64,000 nt of DNA from Camelus dromedarius (Eukaryota), in the NCBI RefSeq assembly GCF_036321535.1, contig NC_087438.1, forward strand, positions 13,828,001-13,892,000, written 5' to 3'. The notes below the pieces were generated by a model, which worked only from the letters and a program-made list of their open reading frames with translations, was not told the origin of the DNA and did no database searches. Below are positions 1-12,075 of the stretch, piece after piece. A program made the position numbers and the translations under genes. Positions within the stretch are counted from its first letter, which is position 1. Every line of letters begins with the position of its first letter.

Positions 1-37
1 CAAAAGCAGAATGAAATCTTGACTGGGAAACAATGGG

Positions 38-38
<1 letters not shown>

Positions 39-122
<84 letters not shown>
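39..122. repeat. Compound microsatellite (TG)n(TCTG)n
   Basis: Directly visible: about 25 TG units followed by about 8 TCTG units. Confidence 0.97.
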
Positions 123-125
<3 letters not shown>

Positions 126-511
126 AGATACCTAGTCCTTCTAGGGACATACACTAAGGGCAGGATATTTTCAGTTTCCGTAAAACAGAAAGAAGGGCCC
201 TGTACCTTTAATCCTTTCCTTTTGATGTTTAGAGGAAATCAAATTAGTAATATTTTACGTCCTTTGGCCTTTAGAATAGTAGTATCATGCATTATTAACT
301 GCATTTATCTGTCAAGCTGCAAAAGATGTTATTGTACTTGCACACAGTTTGTTTCATAGGAATTTTTCCATTTACATAATGCTCTTTGCATAAACTTTCT
401 TTTCCTTTTTTATTTTCTTATGTTTTCATTTTTATACATTTTTTTTCTGCTTGTTTTTTTTTTTTTAATTGAAGTAGAGTTCCTCACAGCGAAGCTGGGG
501 ATTTCCTTATT

Positions 512-655
512 TTTAAAATGAGGAAACTGACAGGATAAATTGCATGATAAAATGTAAAACAACAACAACAACAAAAATACCAAGTAATCGTAAGATCACA
601 GAAATGGCAGGTGGAAAAGCTTGGGTTGCAGTTTATGACTTCTCACATCAAAGGT
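512..655. mobile_element. MIR SINE fragment interrupted by a short (CAA)n
   Basis: MIR core-like motifs atgaggaaactga and aagatcacag. Confidence 0.5.
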
Positions 656-1134
656 GATGATGTTCCCATTACTATACTCAACTTTGCTATTTATATAAAA
701 ATACAGAACAAGGAACTGAGTGACCTGTTGGGCGTGTGGCTTAGGCTAATTCACCAAATACAGGGAATTAATTCTTACTACCAATAATGCTGTAACCATT
801 GGATAAATTGTTAGAAAATGGTCTTGGCTATTTTGCTTTGGCTGTTTTTCAGTAGTTTCAAATTATTCTATTTGATAGTATTAAATCGTTACCAAAGAAA
901 AAGAATTACCTCATTTCTACTTTGTGTCATTAGGCCCAGTATCATTTACTTCACCTCTACAGAATGTTTTCTTCTTGTTGGCCGATATTCTAGGCTTTAT
1001 AATATTACTTAGTATTTTAAACATTCCTTACAAAATAATAATCAGAGAAGTATATTCAAGCATAATGTAGAGTTGTTAGATTTAGCAAATAATGCAGGAC
1101 ACTCAATTAAATATAAATTTGAGGTGAACAACAA

Positions 1135-1545
1135 AAATATATGTATATGTATTATACATATGTATGAGATGAAGCAGAACAAAAATACATGTGTAATATA
1201 TGTATATATGTGTTTACACACTATATATATATGTACATATATATACAATGAAGTATGTTCCATGCAATATGCAAATATTTTATAAATAGTTTATATATTT
1301 ATATATACATACACACATATATATATTTATATACACACACACAGACACACACATATATACACATACACATCCCAATGTTATGCATGGGACACATTTGTGC
1401 TATAATATATTACAGCATATATATCTTAAGTACATTATAGCATTTTATATTCACACACATATGTATAGCATAAGTATGTCCCATGCAATATATCTGTAGG
1501 TGTATACATATATACACACACACACATGAACACAGGTATATTTTT
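1135..1545. repeat. Degenerate (TA)/(CA)/(TG) low-complexity region
   Basis: Visible alternating purine-pyrimidine runs. These explain the Y/I/H/T-rich spurious ORFs. Confidence 0.85.
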
Positions 1546-2270
1546 TTATCTGAAATTCACATTTCTATCCTGTATTCTGTGTGTTTATCTATGTATGTAT
1601 GTCTGTGCACTGTATTTTATTTGGCAATCCTGATTATATGCAAGCTTTAACAAATGGTCATGAAGCAAATGAACACCAGGTTAGCTATCCTCTGATAAAA
1701 AACATACCCGACACCCTCGCAACCACCCTTTTACCCCTCACCTCTAAAAAGTTACTTCTGTTCTTGCTTTGCTATTATTTCTTTGCTCCTCTTTATAGTT
1801 TAACCCCTTGTTATGTACATCCCTAAACAATACAGATAAGCTTTGCCTGTATTGGAACTAGATGTCATCGTGTGTATGTGCTTCTAAGACTTGACAATAC
1901 GGAGAGGATGAGTAATAGATATTCAAGCCAGAAGTGAGGATGATAGTTATGAACGGGAAGTCCACTCTGTGTGGGAAGAGGGGGGTCACATGTCCAGGGT
2001 GGAATCTAATTTTGCAGAGAAGAGGCAAGTGGGAGCCTGTGGGAATGAAGGGGGGAAAAAAAAAGACAAAACATCTTTAGGGTGGGTCAAGGAATCATCT
2101 GGAAAAGTATGGAATAAAAGGATACTGACTAGGTAATGGGAAATGCAATAGGGGAGAATATGGCAGACACGGTGAAATGCTGGGTCACTGTTTGGAAGGG
2201 AGTGATTATAGAAAGCAGAAAATGTAATGCTGATGCCACGTGTGGCTCTGCTTTAGAAATGCTCTGTTAA

Positions 2271-2411
2271 GGGGAAGGTGGGTGATATAGCTCAAGTGGT
2301 AGAGCACATGCTTAGCATGTACAAGGTCCTGGGTTCAATCCCCAGGTCCTCCAAAAATAAATAAATTAATAAGTAAGTAAATAAACCTAGTTACCTGTCC
2401 CACCCCCAAAA
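2271..2411 (+). mobile_element. tRNA-Ala(AGC)-derived SINE (camelid vic-1 type)
   Basis: Sequence tagctcaagtggtagagc..cttagcatg..ggtcctgggttcaatcccca (A box, AGC anticodon arm, B box), then an A-rich (TAAA) tail. Degenerate TSD aaatgctctgtta / aaatgttccacta. Confidence 0.85.
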
Positions 2412-5104
2412 TGTTCCACTACAGAATACAATAGCTTCCATTCACATAGCTTACATTTCAAAGACATTTTCTAATGTAGCACTTTAGTTGGGGGTTAAAA
2501 ATAAACTTTGCTGAATGCAGTCAATATGCATTTAATACCTCACTGTTTATTTTAGTGTAAATCCAGCCTACAGCTTTCTAAGTCAGTGACCCAAGCAGTA
2601 TCCTCAAGTAATATACTTCATTCTATCCAGAGGTTTTTATTTATCATCCGAAATATATATATGCTCATCTTTATGACTAAGTGAGGAGGCTGTTCTGGGT
2701 TAAAGCATCTATTTCTACAGACTGCCTAATTTATTATAGCAAAATTTCCTGCTTTTGTCAATAATTCATTATTTTCCTTTATGTTTAAATGGTTGGTGGT
2801 TGATGTCAAGGTAATTTATGTCCATATATAATGGAGAATGTGATCAATACTACTGTCAAAGTACGGAGGTAATTTGCATCCTTCACCAATATTAGTGTTA
2901 TATTTCCCTAATGAAACATAGTGGATAATGCAGGGTTTATTATTATAATAACTTCTATTTGCATATTCCCCCCAATTTAAGAAAATATTCCTGATATGTA
3001 TGCTTTGATTCAAAATTCAAGATACTAGTTGAGTTTGAATTTAGAGTCTAACATCTCTCTCTTGTCTAGACAGAGAGAGTTACTTGCCAGTGACAAAGGA
3101 TTCCTAGATTTGTTACATACCTATTTAATAGAAAGATCAACATATAATTAGTCATACAATCGGACACTTTTTAAGGGTGGAAGGAGAGTTCCTTTATAAT
3201 TACATCAGGACATCGGGATGAATGTGGACATATGGTCTGTCTAGTAAGAGGCAGATTCAAATCAACTCAGAGAAACGTGGAAGCAGGGATGAGAAGGTGT
3301 GCGCCTAACGAATTGCTCTGCACTCATGTTTGTTCGGTAGAGGTTTCTGAAACAGATGGCACACAGCAGATACTCCGTAAACAATTCTTGTGTGTGGATG
3401 AACAAAAGAATAACCTCCGTGAGAGTGACTGAGTGCCACTGAGTTAAATGAACCTTCAGGAATAGTAACAGCCTCACTAGGAAAATAATTTTAAATATAT
3501 TTTTTAATCAGTGTATGGCTAGTAATAATCCCTAACACCTAATTTTTCCTGAAAACAGTTTTTTTGAAGTTTGGAAACCAAACTAAATGTTTTCCCAAAC
3601 ATCCCAAAGCCAAATTTATTGAAAAGAGAATGAGTGAAGATAATGATTATATATATAACTTTGAGAGTTAAATCCTTATTTAAAAACTGGCAGGCAAATA
3701 AATATATTCAAATGAGTCCCGCACAGTCTATCAAACCCTGCAAGTATAACAGGGTAGCACTTCCTTCAGTGGTTCATCTGAGAAAATATAACATGATAGA
3801 GCCATGGTGTGAAAGAAAAACAAAAGACAGATAGAGCTTGTCCTTTGTTCAAAATTATATTATAAATAATTTCTGGTATTTTTGAAGTTTGGTAATGTAA
3901 TCTGGAATGAAACGAATGAACAATAGTATCTTTGAGATGTCTTTAGTCTAGGAATATTTTAGTCTCGGTTAGTATATTTCTTTGTCTTCCCTTTGAGTTT
4001 GGCCAGGATTTTAAACCCATGTATTTCTTTGTATACTAGAAAATTAAAAAGAATTTTTTATGTCATTCATTTATTTAATTCATAAAGGAATTCAAACTTG
4101 TGGAAACATTTTTCTATTTGTTTTCTCATATATTGTGTTTCCTTATTTATGCTATCATTCTAGTGCTTGGAGTCCTAAGGGGCTTTGAGTTTTTATAAGT
4201 TAAACTGACATACAGCTTGCATTTGAAAACATTCTGTACTGACTCTGAATACACTGCCCCCAAATATTTTTCATAGCAGATTTTTTTTTACCCTGAAACA
4301 TCACTTGATTCTTTTTTATACCATCGTATGTTAGTACTAAATTGGGTAGAATAAGGTGGCCCCAGTCAGGGAGATTATTTTTATTAGCTTCTGTAGTCAT
4401 CATTGGTAATGATACTTCTCATTGAAGCTTATTTGTTTCAAACCAAGGGGAGCCCACAAGTTCATTTAAAATAGCTCTGATGGCAAACAGGTTGCTAATT
4501 AGCTTCTCACCAACCCCACTTTCTGTCCTTGTCCCTCAGTCTCCTCTCTCCTATCCACCTTGATCCACATTCACGAGGAAATTTACATCCAAGAGTAGAA
4601 GCAAGCGCTGTGGTGGACGCAACCGTATCAGTGGCTTGCGTGTGATGTACGGACCACGAGGGTCTGATTCAGATCCTGATTCAATGATCTTTTTGCACCA
4701 AATGTGATTTAGATTTGCTCTGCCAACCGTTCTGGTCCCTCTGACAATGAATGGGTGGGTTGGTTGGGAAAGAAGTGTTGGATCCCTGGGAGGGAAAGAG
4801 GATTCCAACACCCCTTCCTCTAGCGCCAAGCTCTGCATCATGAAGGCTCCCTCTAAATTCTCTCCTATCTCCTATCCATTTCATGCAATGGATCTAAAAA
4901 GGTAGTCCTGGCAAAACAAAACTCAGCTCACAACGTGCACACTTAGCACTTAAAGTTAGACCCTTTGGTTTTCAAGCACCATTTTCCAGTAATTGATATA
5001 TATATACATGGCATCTGACCAAATTGTAAAATATCGAACCACATTTAATCTATCATAAAACATACATAAGCACCATGAAATCTTTACAGATGACTCTAAG
5101 GTCA

Positions 5105-5215
5105 TTCTAGTTGAAACTTTATTTTCACAGATTTAGAAATAGAAGCAAGAGACTGGACAAGTCCCTGAGATCACACAGTTAATTAGTGGCAAAACTAGGG
5201 CTGAGTTTCTACAGT
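5105..5215. mobile_element. MIR fragment
   Basis: attttcacagat...gagatcacacagttaattagtggcaaaactagg resembles the MIR core. Confidence 0.6.
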
Positions 5216-6159
5216 CACATTCATTTTCACAAACAAACGGCTTCTAATTAAAACATTTTTCACTATTAAAATATTAATGTCTTGATTTATTTAGCTGTTA
5301 AGGTGAAATGCTATTTGAGAGTTACAAGTTCTTAAATAAAGTGCTGCTACCTCCAGTGTTAGTGATATTTTTCTTGAAAACTAAGAGCTCACATATTAAC
5401 CAGTATTATTTCAAAATTACAAATGACATCCAGAGTCTGTGGGTTAGATACTTTCCAAATGAGAATACAAACACTTACAATGAAATGAAATATATAAATT
5501 ACATTATAAATAACGATCGTTTAAACCCAAGCTTAGGAAATTCTCAACTTTTGGATAAAACTGTAAAGACACATTTGAGTTTCAATAAAAACTGAAGAAC
5601 CAAACATGTTGAATGGCGTCTTTGCTTCATTAGCCCTGAGGGATAGCATAAAATTTAGAAATGTTCTCTTATTTACCCCAAAGGGGAAAACAACATTTTC
5701 ATAACATCTATTAAAGGGAAATATTGTTTTATGAAATAATAAAATGTCATGTTGCATAATACACCTAAATGTACATTATACTGACATTTTTCAATTTTTA
5801 AAGGTTTTTATCTCAGTAGACAAAAATAATTTTTTGACAATAAGTAAAAATAAAAGCCAAAGGTAACATGCCTCCACTAATAAAAATATCTTTCAGAAAA
5901 CGGTTTCTGGAAGAACTTAGATTCATGTCAGAGGTTTTTTGTTTTGTTTTGTTTTGTTTTTTCCTAATTGACCTATAGTTGACTGACAAAAAGTCACAGT
6001 GTTGTATTCTTTGCAGCTCAAATGATTCCTAAATAGGAATCCTAGAGGGTTCAATGTTTGTAGTTGCTCTGGGGTTAATCTTCTGTAGTTAATCTTCTGG
6101 GGTTTTGTTTTGCTTTGGGTTTGTGATTTGAGGTTTTTCTTTGTTTGTTTGTTTTTCAT

Positions 6160-6537
6160 TAATAGTCTTTATTTTTTTAGAGCAGTTTCAGGTTCACAGA
6201 AGAAAATACAGAGAGTTCGCACATAGCCCTCCCTACCCACACATATACACTCCCCTACCCTCAGCATCCCTCATCAGTGTGGCGTATTTGGTACAGTCGA
6301 TGAACCATCATGGGCACATTATTATCATCCAAAGTCCACAGTTTACATTAGGGTTCATTCTTGATGTTGTACATTCTGTGGGTTTTGACAAATGCATAAT
6401 GACATGTAGCCACCACTATAGTATCGTACAGAATAATTTCATTACCCTAAAAACCCCTTGTGCTCCGTCTATTCATTCCTCCCTCCCTCCCTCTCCCCAA
6501 ACCCCTGGAAACCACAATCTTTTTATTTTTTCTGTAG
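6160..6537 (-). mobile_element. L1MC-type LINE-1 3' end
   Basis: ttagagcagtttcaggttcacag...caaagtccacagtttacattagggttca...ggttttgacaaatg matches the reverse complement of an L1MC 3' UTR. A related plus-strand copy is at 61.3-61.6 kb. Confidence 0.8.
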
Positions 6538-6859
6538 CCGTGATTGCAATATTTGGTTTTAATTTTCAAAGAAAAAAGTAATTTGTTAACGTCTAAAGAG
6601 AATAGCAATCTCTGTGTATATAATTTATATTTTTCATTACATTGTAAGGTTTTATATTGTCATTCAGAAAGTATCTAGCCCACAGACTTAGAATGTCACT
6701 TGTAATTCTGAAATAATATTGGATATATAAATAATCAATATATAAATAAACAGAATCAATAAAGCCTAATTTTCCTGGCTGCCTTCCCTTCCATGATCTA
6801 CTACAAAAGGCAATACTGTCGTCCAGTAGTTCTTGTTACGGTGCCTCAAACCTCTGAGC

Positions 6860-7905
6860 TCCACATTGCTGAGTGCAACTGATACTTTTTGCTACTCAAT
6901 TTACTTAACTTTGGAGCAGCTTTTAATATAGTTGACTACTCTGTCCTCTTTGATACAGTTATTTCCTTTGACTTTTAGGACAGTACACTTTACTAATTTT
7001 CCTCCTTCTGTGATTTCTCCTTCACTGCCTGCTCTCTCATCCTTCTTGACTAAGTGATCACACTGGAGCTCCTCACAGCTCAGTTCTAATCTATCTTTTT
7101 ATTCTCTTGCTGTGGTGACTTCAGTAAAACGCACTTCTTGTGTCACCCAGCCCAAGGAAGGTCAGGGCCTGCACTCCGCAAGAGATGAGCAGTCCACTTT
7201 GATACTCAGTCTTATATCCAGTTTATCCAAGATCACTTTTTTCTTTTTTTTTAATTTTTGGCTATTTTATTTTTAGCCTTTGGAAACCTGTTTCAAGAAA
7301 AGATACCATGTCATAAACATTAAATATTTGTTCAATGACATGAAATAATTAACACTGCAGTTTTCAAATGGAATCTCAGGTAATTCCAGTAAACATTCAG
7401 TGAAGATTTTGGTAAGTATTTGCATCCTGTGATTTGCATCATATTATACAAGATCACTTTTGATTTCACCTAAAATATCTTGACATTATCTCCCTTTCTT
7501 CAACTGCACTCTAAGGATGCTGGTCCAAATTATGTTATGTCTGAGTGAGCAAATTCATATCCCTAATCGGTTTGCCTAGATGCTCTCTTGCCATCATGAG
7601 ATCTGTTCTCTACTTCATTCACAGTCATCTTTTTTTAACATGAAAATTGGATGGTAGGACACTCTTGCTTTAAACTTCTCCTTACATTCCTAGAACAAAG
7701 CCCACCATTCTGACATGCCCAAGGAAGCCCTGATCTGCCACACCCCTGCCTAAATACCCTTTCTACTTCTCAGTCTCATTCCGCCTTGATCTCCACTCCA
7801 CTATACAACTGATTTGTCTCCTAAGCCAGGAATGAAACAAAGGATGTTTCTTGCAAGAATATCTCTGTCTCACAAAAGTACATAGTATATTTGTTTGTTT
7901 GTTTT
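6860..7905 (+). mobile_element. L2 LINE fragments, interrupted by the 7241-7448 insert
   Basis: Pyrimidine-rich L2-like motifs (ttgactactctgtcctctttgatac..ggacagtacact..ttttcctcc; ttaaacttctc..tagaacaaagccca). Confidence 0.6.
7241..7448 (-). pseudogene. Short retroposed insert (processed 3'-end fragment or orphan L1 transduction) with poly(A) tail and 13-bp TSD
   Basis: Perfect direct repeat caagatcactttt at 7228-7240 and 7449-7461. T-tract at 7241-7252. Minus-strand AATAAA at 7266-7271. Confidence 0.65.
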
Positions 7906-8724
7906 TATGTTTGTACAGTAGCAAGAAAAGAGCAAAAGATAAGGCTGCTAAGAGAACAGTAAAGAGGACACACTTGAAAAATACATATGCACCCATTTTA
8001 AATTATAAAGCAAAAGATTCTTTATATGTCTCTTTCTTATAAAAATCTGGATTTGCTGTCTTGTTTTACAAAGCAATTCTAAAAAGCTTAGGGTAATATT
8101 AGCTTTAAATGCAGTTGTGATGAGATTTCAACTATTCAAAAGATAACATACAATTAAAGAAAATATCTTAGTTCTATTAAAATGAAAGTAATGCAAAAAT
8201 AAACTAAAAATTGTATAATTCTTAATTTAATAAAATTTTGTATCTCTGAGACCAAGGTTATTTAGGTTTATTCCTTTAAAATTCAGTGAAGATTGATGAT
8301 CAACTAATATTTTAGATTCACAGAAGTTTCTACAAGAAATTCATTCTTTTTATTTGTTGTTCAGCTTCGTTGTATAATAATGCCACTTAGGTTCTTTGAA
8401 ATAAATTGCAAAAGCCCATTCATTATGAGATTTAGAATATTTAATATCAATTCTTTCTAAAATAAATCCTTTTCAAAAGATTTCTCTTATTCCATGCCTT
8501 CTTCTGGTATTTCAAGTCTTTCATCACATTTGAACCAAACTATTTCTAGATTATCTAAGGTAGTGAGAAAGTTAATGAAAAGAAAATCAGTGTAGGCATT
8601 GTCATCACATAATGCATTCTCATTCTAAAGTTTTGTCAAAATAACTCTCCGTCTCTGTCGTCTTTCTCTCTTTTCTAACGCACCACCGTAGGGTACAGTC
8701 ACAATAGGATTCAGAATGACTTAC

Positions 8725-8976
8725 CCAGGAGAATGACAACACACAGAAGGATAGCGATTAAGGCTCCTGTACTCAAGCCAGCCGAGGACAGGAAGGCTTC
8801 TGCATGGCAGGTCCGCACGCGCCCATCTCTCTCGCATGCACAAACCCTGATGGTGAGGGTGCTGCTGCTGCTGAGAGAGGGGATTCCACCATCAGAGATC
8901 ATAATGGGGAGATAATACACATCCTGAATAGTTCGACTAAATCTCCTCCGCCTTGTCAGAATGCTGGCTGTGTTAT
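8725..8976 (-). CDS. CDH18: Cadherin-18 penultimate coding exon, 252 nt, phase 1 to 1; EC5 C-terminal half with cysteines and most of the transmembrane helix
   Basis: Acceptor gtctgtcatag|AT and donor CTGG|gtaagt. Lies inside ORF 8711..8989(-). Contains ISDGGIPSLSS..TLTIRVCAC and GLSTGALIAILLC, hallmarks of type II cadherins. Confidence 0.96.
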
Positions 8977-9132
8977 CTATGACAGACATAAGCAGAACAA
9001 AATGTACTTAGTAAAGCCGCCATTCAAGATTCACATTTCCTTTAATGGATACAATGGGCATGTGAGATTTGTTTTCTCCATTTATGAAATGGACACGGGA
9101 ATGTGAAAGGGAGATTATTAATGAGTAATGAA

Positions 9133-9410
9133 CACCGGTTCTCAAATTGAGAAACCTATGTGGAAAATTAACAGAGCCTGGACCAAAGGGAAGGGGCAAG
9201 AGTGGATGACAGAGGAGGCAGGAAGCAGTAAGCATTTGGGGCGTGGACATAATAGTCAAAGGATATCAAAGGACATGTGGATGCCAAACTTTGGGGTGAG
9301 ACATCTACCCAAACCTGGTGACTCTGAATATAAACAATAGAAACAGACATCTATATTTTCAGCAAACTATTCTGGAGACATTAACGTACAAAAGTGCTTA
9401 AGAGCCACTG
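9133..9410. mobile_element. Degenerate hAT/MER5-like DNA transposon relic
   Basis: Ends caccggttctcaaa and ttaagagccactg resemble MER5-type TIRs (cagtggttctcaa / ttgagaaccactg). Confidence 0.4.
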
Positions 9411-9604
9411 ATATAGATAATATATTTATGGAGACACCAGAGAAATTGATAAAGTGATTTAGACTCATTTGAAACACTCCTGTTATAGAGGGCACACCGT
9501 GGGAAACTTAATGAGGAATATAATAGTTAATTCCATTTTTATGTGCTTTTTAACAGCTATGTACTATAGTAAATGACTGCATGACATATTTTGATCAATG
9601 CGCA

Positions 9605-9790
9605 CAACCCTCTGAGGGAGAGGATGTTAAATTCCTTCCATTTTAGGGGAAATCATTTTTACTAGAAATCATAATTTAAAAATAAATGACCCGCGTCCCA
9701 GAGGGTAAAATGCCCCAAGTCACAGGGCTACTGAGTAATCAAGCTGCAACCCCAGTACATCTAGAACCCTGCTCAAAAGCACAGTGTCAT
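9605..9790. mobile_element. MIR fragment
   Basis: acaaccctctgag..ccattttag..ccccaagtcacagggctactgagt. Confidence 0.5.
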
Positions 9791-9809
9791 CATACTGCCT
9801 CTTCTCCAG

Positions 9810-10265
9810 TTCACTTCACTGGTCTTGGTGGCCTCAGGAGCACACAGTGCATGTTTATCTGAGCATCGGTATTCCTCATTCCCCATCTGCCGGCTAAAAG
9901 ACCCCTTTGGCGCACACTTGGATGTGCTGCTCAGCACCTCTTCATGGAGTGACCTGTTGCCCTCACTGTAGATTGCGACCTGGCCCAAGGTCATACCCTT
10001 CTGGAGCAGCACATAACCAATGACTCATTGCTGCAAGGATATAAAGGCTGAGGTATTTCTGCTGAATGCAGGCACTACTGAAGGGCAAGTTTACTTCCAG
10101 AGCTTTCCTACTAGGTCAGCCGGGATCACAGCTCAGTTTCTCATTCTTTCTCTTTCTTCCACTGTGGTCCACAGATGTCTATCCCAAGGGCACCCTCCAG
10201 TAAACACCTTGCCTTCTAAACTCCAGCTTGGAGCCTGCTTCCCAGAGACTCCAACCTGCTACCAC
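9810..10265 (+). mobile_element. LTR16-like (ERVL) solo LTR
   Basis: TATA-like ggatataaagg, agtaaa poly(A)-signal variant, and 3' end ctgcttcccagagactccaacctg..ca typical of LTR16. Confidence 0.65.
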
Positions 10266-11699
10266 AGCTGTGATTTAATTACTTTTCACTAAAAAGTTAG
10301 TAAATCATTAGACAATTACTTTTTGGGATTCTTTTTCTCATATCAATAGCTTTTATTCTGAAAACTGGAGTTCTGTTTCTTAAGAGCATGTTGATGACAG
10401 TCATGATACAATACCCCACAGCTACATTTTCTTGGTTGTACAGCGCCAAATTAGAACAGAAAGACAACCACGTTCTCAAATATTTAACATAATACAGATA
10501 TCAAACACAAGAATGATGTATGTTATATATGTAAATAAAACCTGTATATACACATATATACATACACACACACACACATATATGAGTTGCTGAAGGTTTG
10601 TTACAGAGCATAAGCAAATTACCTAATAATTTACTAAAAATATTTCCTTACCTGGTAGAAGATAACTTTTTTAAAAAGTATATCAATTGCCTACTCTGAA
10701 AGGTTTCAGAGTAATAAGAGGAAAAGAGGAGACTCCCCTGTGGTTTTAGGAGGACAATGGTCACAGGTAGTCTCCCAGAACACTTGACCTTTAAGCAAAC
10801 ACATCTATCAGTTGTAGGATGTTGCACCATGATGAAGATAAGCTTGCCTATATGCACAATCCCTTCACCTAAGGAAAAGGGTTGAACAAGTATTCACAGG
10901 CACAAGTGTCTGAGGATCTCACTGCTGCTCCTCCGAGGAAGAGATGTAAGACACTGGTCCCTGTCTCAGGAAACATCGTAACGTGCGGAATGACATGATA
11001 ACATGCAGTGTAGAAGGGCCCCCTCTATGGCTCTAGCCTAGTGTCCACTTCACATTCCTTTTTTACATCAGGAAGCATGCTCTTTTCAAAGATAATGACT
11101 GGAAATGCAATCAGAAGTATGATCAGAAATGAGAAGAGGGCCAGACTATGTTTCTAGCACACTTTAAGTTCTCAGACAGAAAGCTCTTAGACATGGGGAC
11201 GTGCAAATGCTCTTTTGTTTTTCCAGCTGAAGGTTTAACTTTTGAAAAGAAAAGAGCATTCAGGAAGCGAAGAGCTTCCTACTTAGAAAGGCTTAGCACA
11301 GGAGAATGAAGAGCTCTTGACAGGGGATACTGTGCACCGCACTGCAACTGCAGAAGATGCACTTGGCAGCAGACTCACTGAAACTGAACAAGAAACCTTT
11401 GAACAAAAATGAAACGGGTAAGAAAAAATATATATACATACATATAAATATACATATATATGAGAATAAACTCCATCTTGCTGAAACTGCAATATTAGGT
11501 GACAAGAGCAACAACAAATCCCTGAACTTGAAATATGATGTTTAAAAAATAAACCAAGTATTATAGAAAGTCTTGCATAACTTTAAAGTGAATAAAAAAC
11601 TAATATGAGCTGAATACAGGGAACCATAGCAGGATGTAAAGTCTGTGGATGAGAACTGCTCAGTATCAATGTCAAATAAAGGACAATCTCTGATAATGT

Positions 11700-12075
11700 G
11701 GTTCTTAATTCTAACTCTTAAGTGTTCGAATGAAGACAGGTTACAGAACACTTGGAAGCCAAGCTAATGTACTGGATTAGGACTCAAGGAGATTCTGAAC
11801 AGACAGCACAAAGATCTTAAACTAACAAGAAGACACGAAATAAAGATGTAGGATAGAATACACTTTGAAAAGTATCATACGGGAGTTCTCTTCAGGACCA
11901 TCTATTATTTTCAAATAATAAGACTTCACTAGAATACCGGGCATAAGTTTGGGTACCTTAAAAGTGATACTTCAACCCAGTTTAGAAAAACTTGACTGTG
12001 ATGATAAAAGAGTTAGAAAAGTATGTCATATGAAGGGTCTTTGAAACAAAGAGTGAGAGAATTCTACATGCTTTA
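11700..12075 (+). mobile_element. CR1/L3 LINE 3' fragment
   Basis: gatgataaaagagttagaaaagtatgtcatatgaagg resembles the L3 motif gatggtgaagggtctggaaaccatgtcatatgagg. Confidence 0.5.

Noticed and set aside
33..359. 108-aa VC-repeat ORF
   Set aside because: Translation of a (TG)n(TCTG)n microsatellite.
2277..2352. tRNA-Ala(AGC) gene
   Set aside because: It has an A-rich SINE tail, a degenerate TSD and a broken acceptor stem, and a second copy with the same tail is at 30035. It is a tRNA-derived SINE.
6141..6581. 146-aa ORF
   Set aside because: Chance ORF on the antisense strand of an L1MC 3' UTR.
8711..8989. Stand-alone 92-aa ORF ending LLGKSF*
   Set aside because: It is the CDH18 exon plus intronic read-through on both sides. 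Splice sites define 8725-8976.
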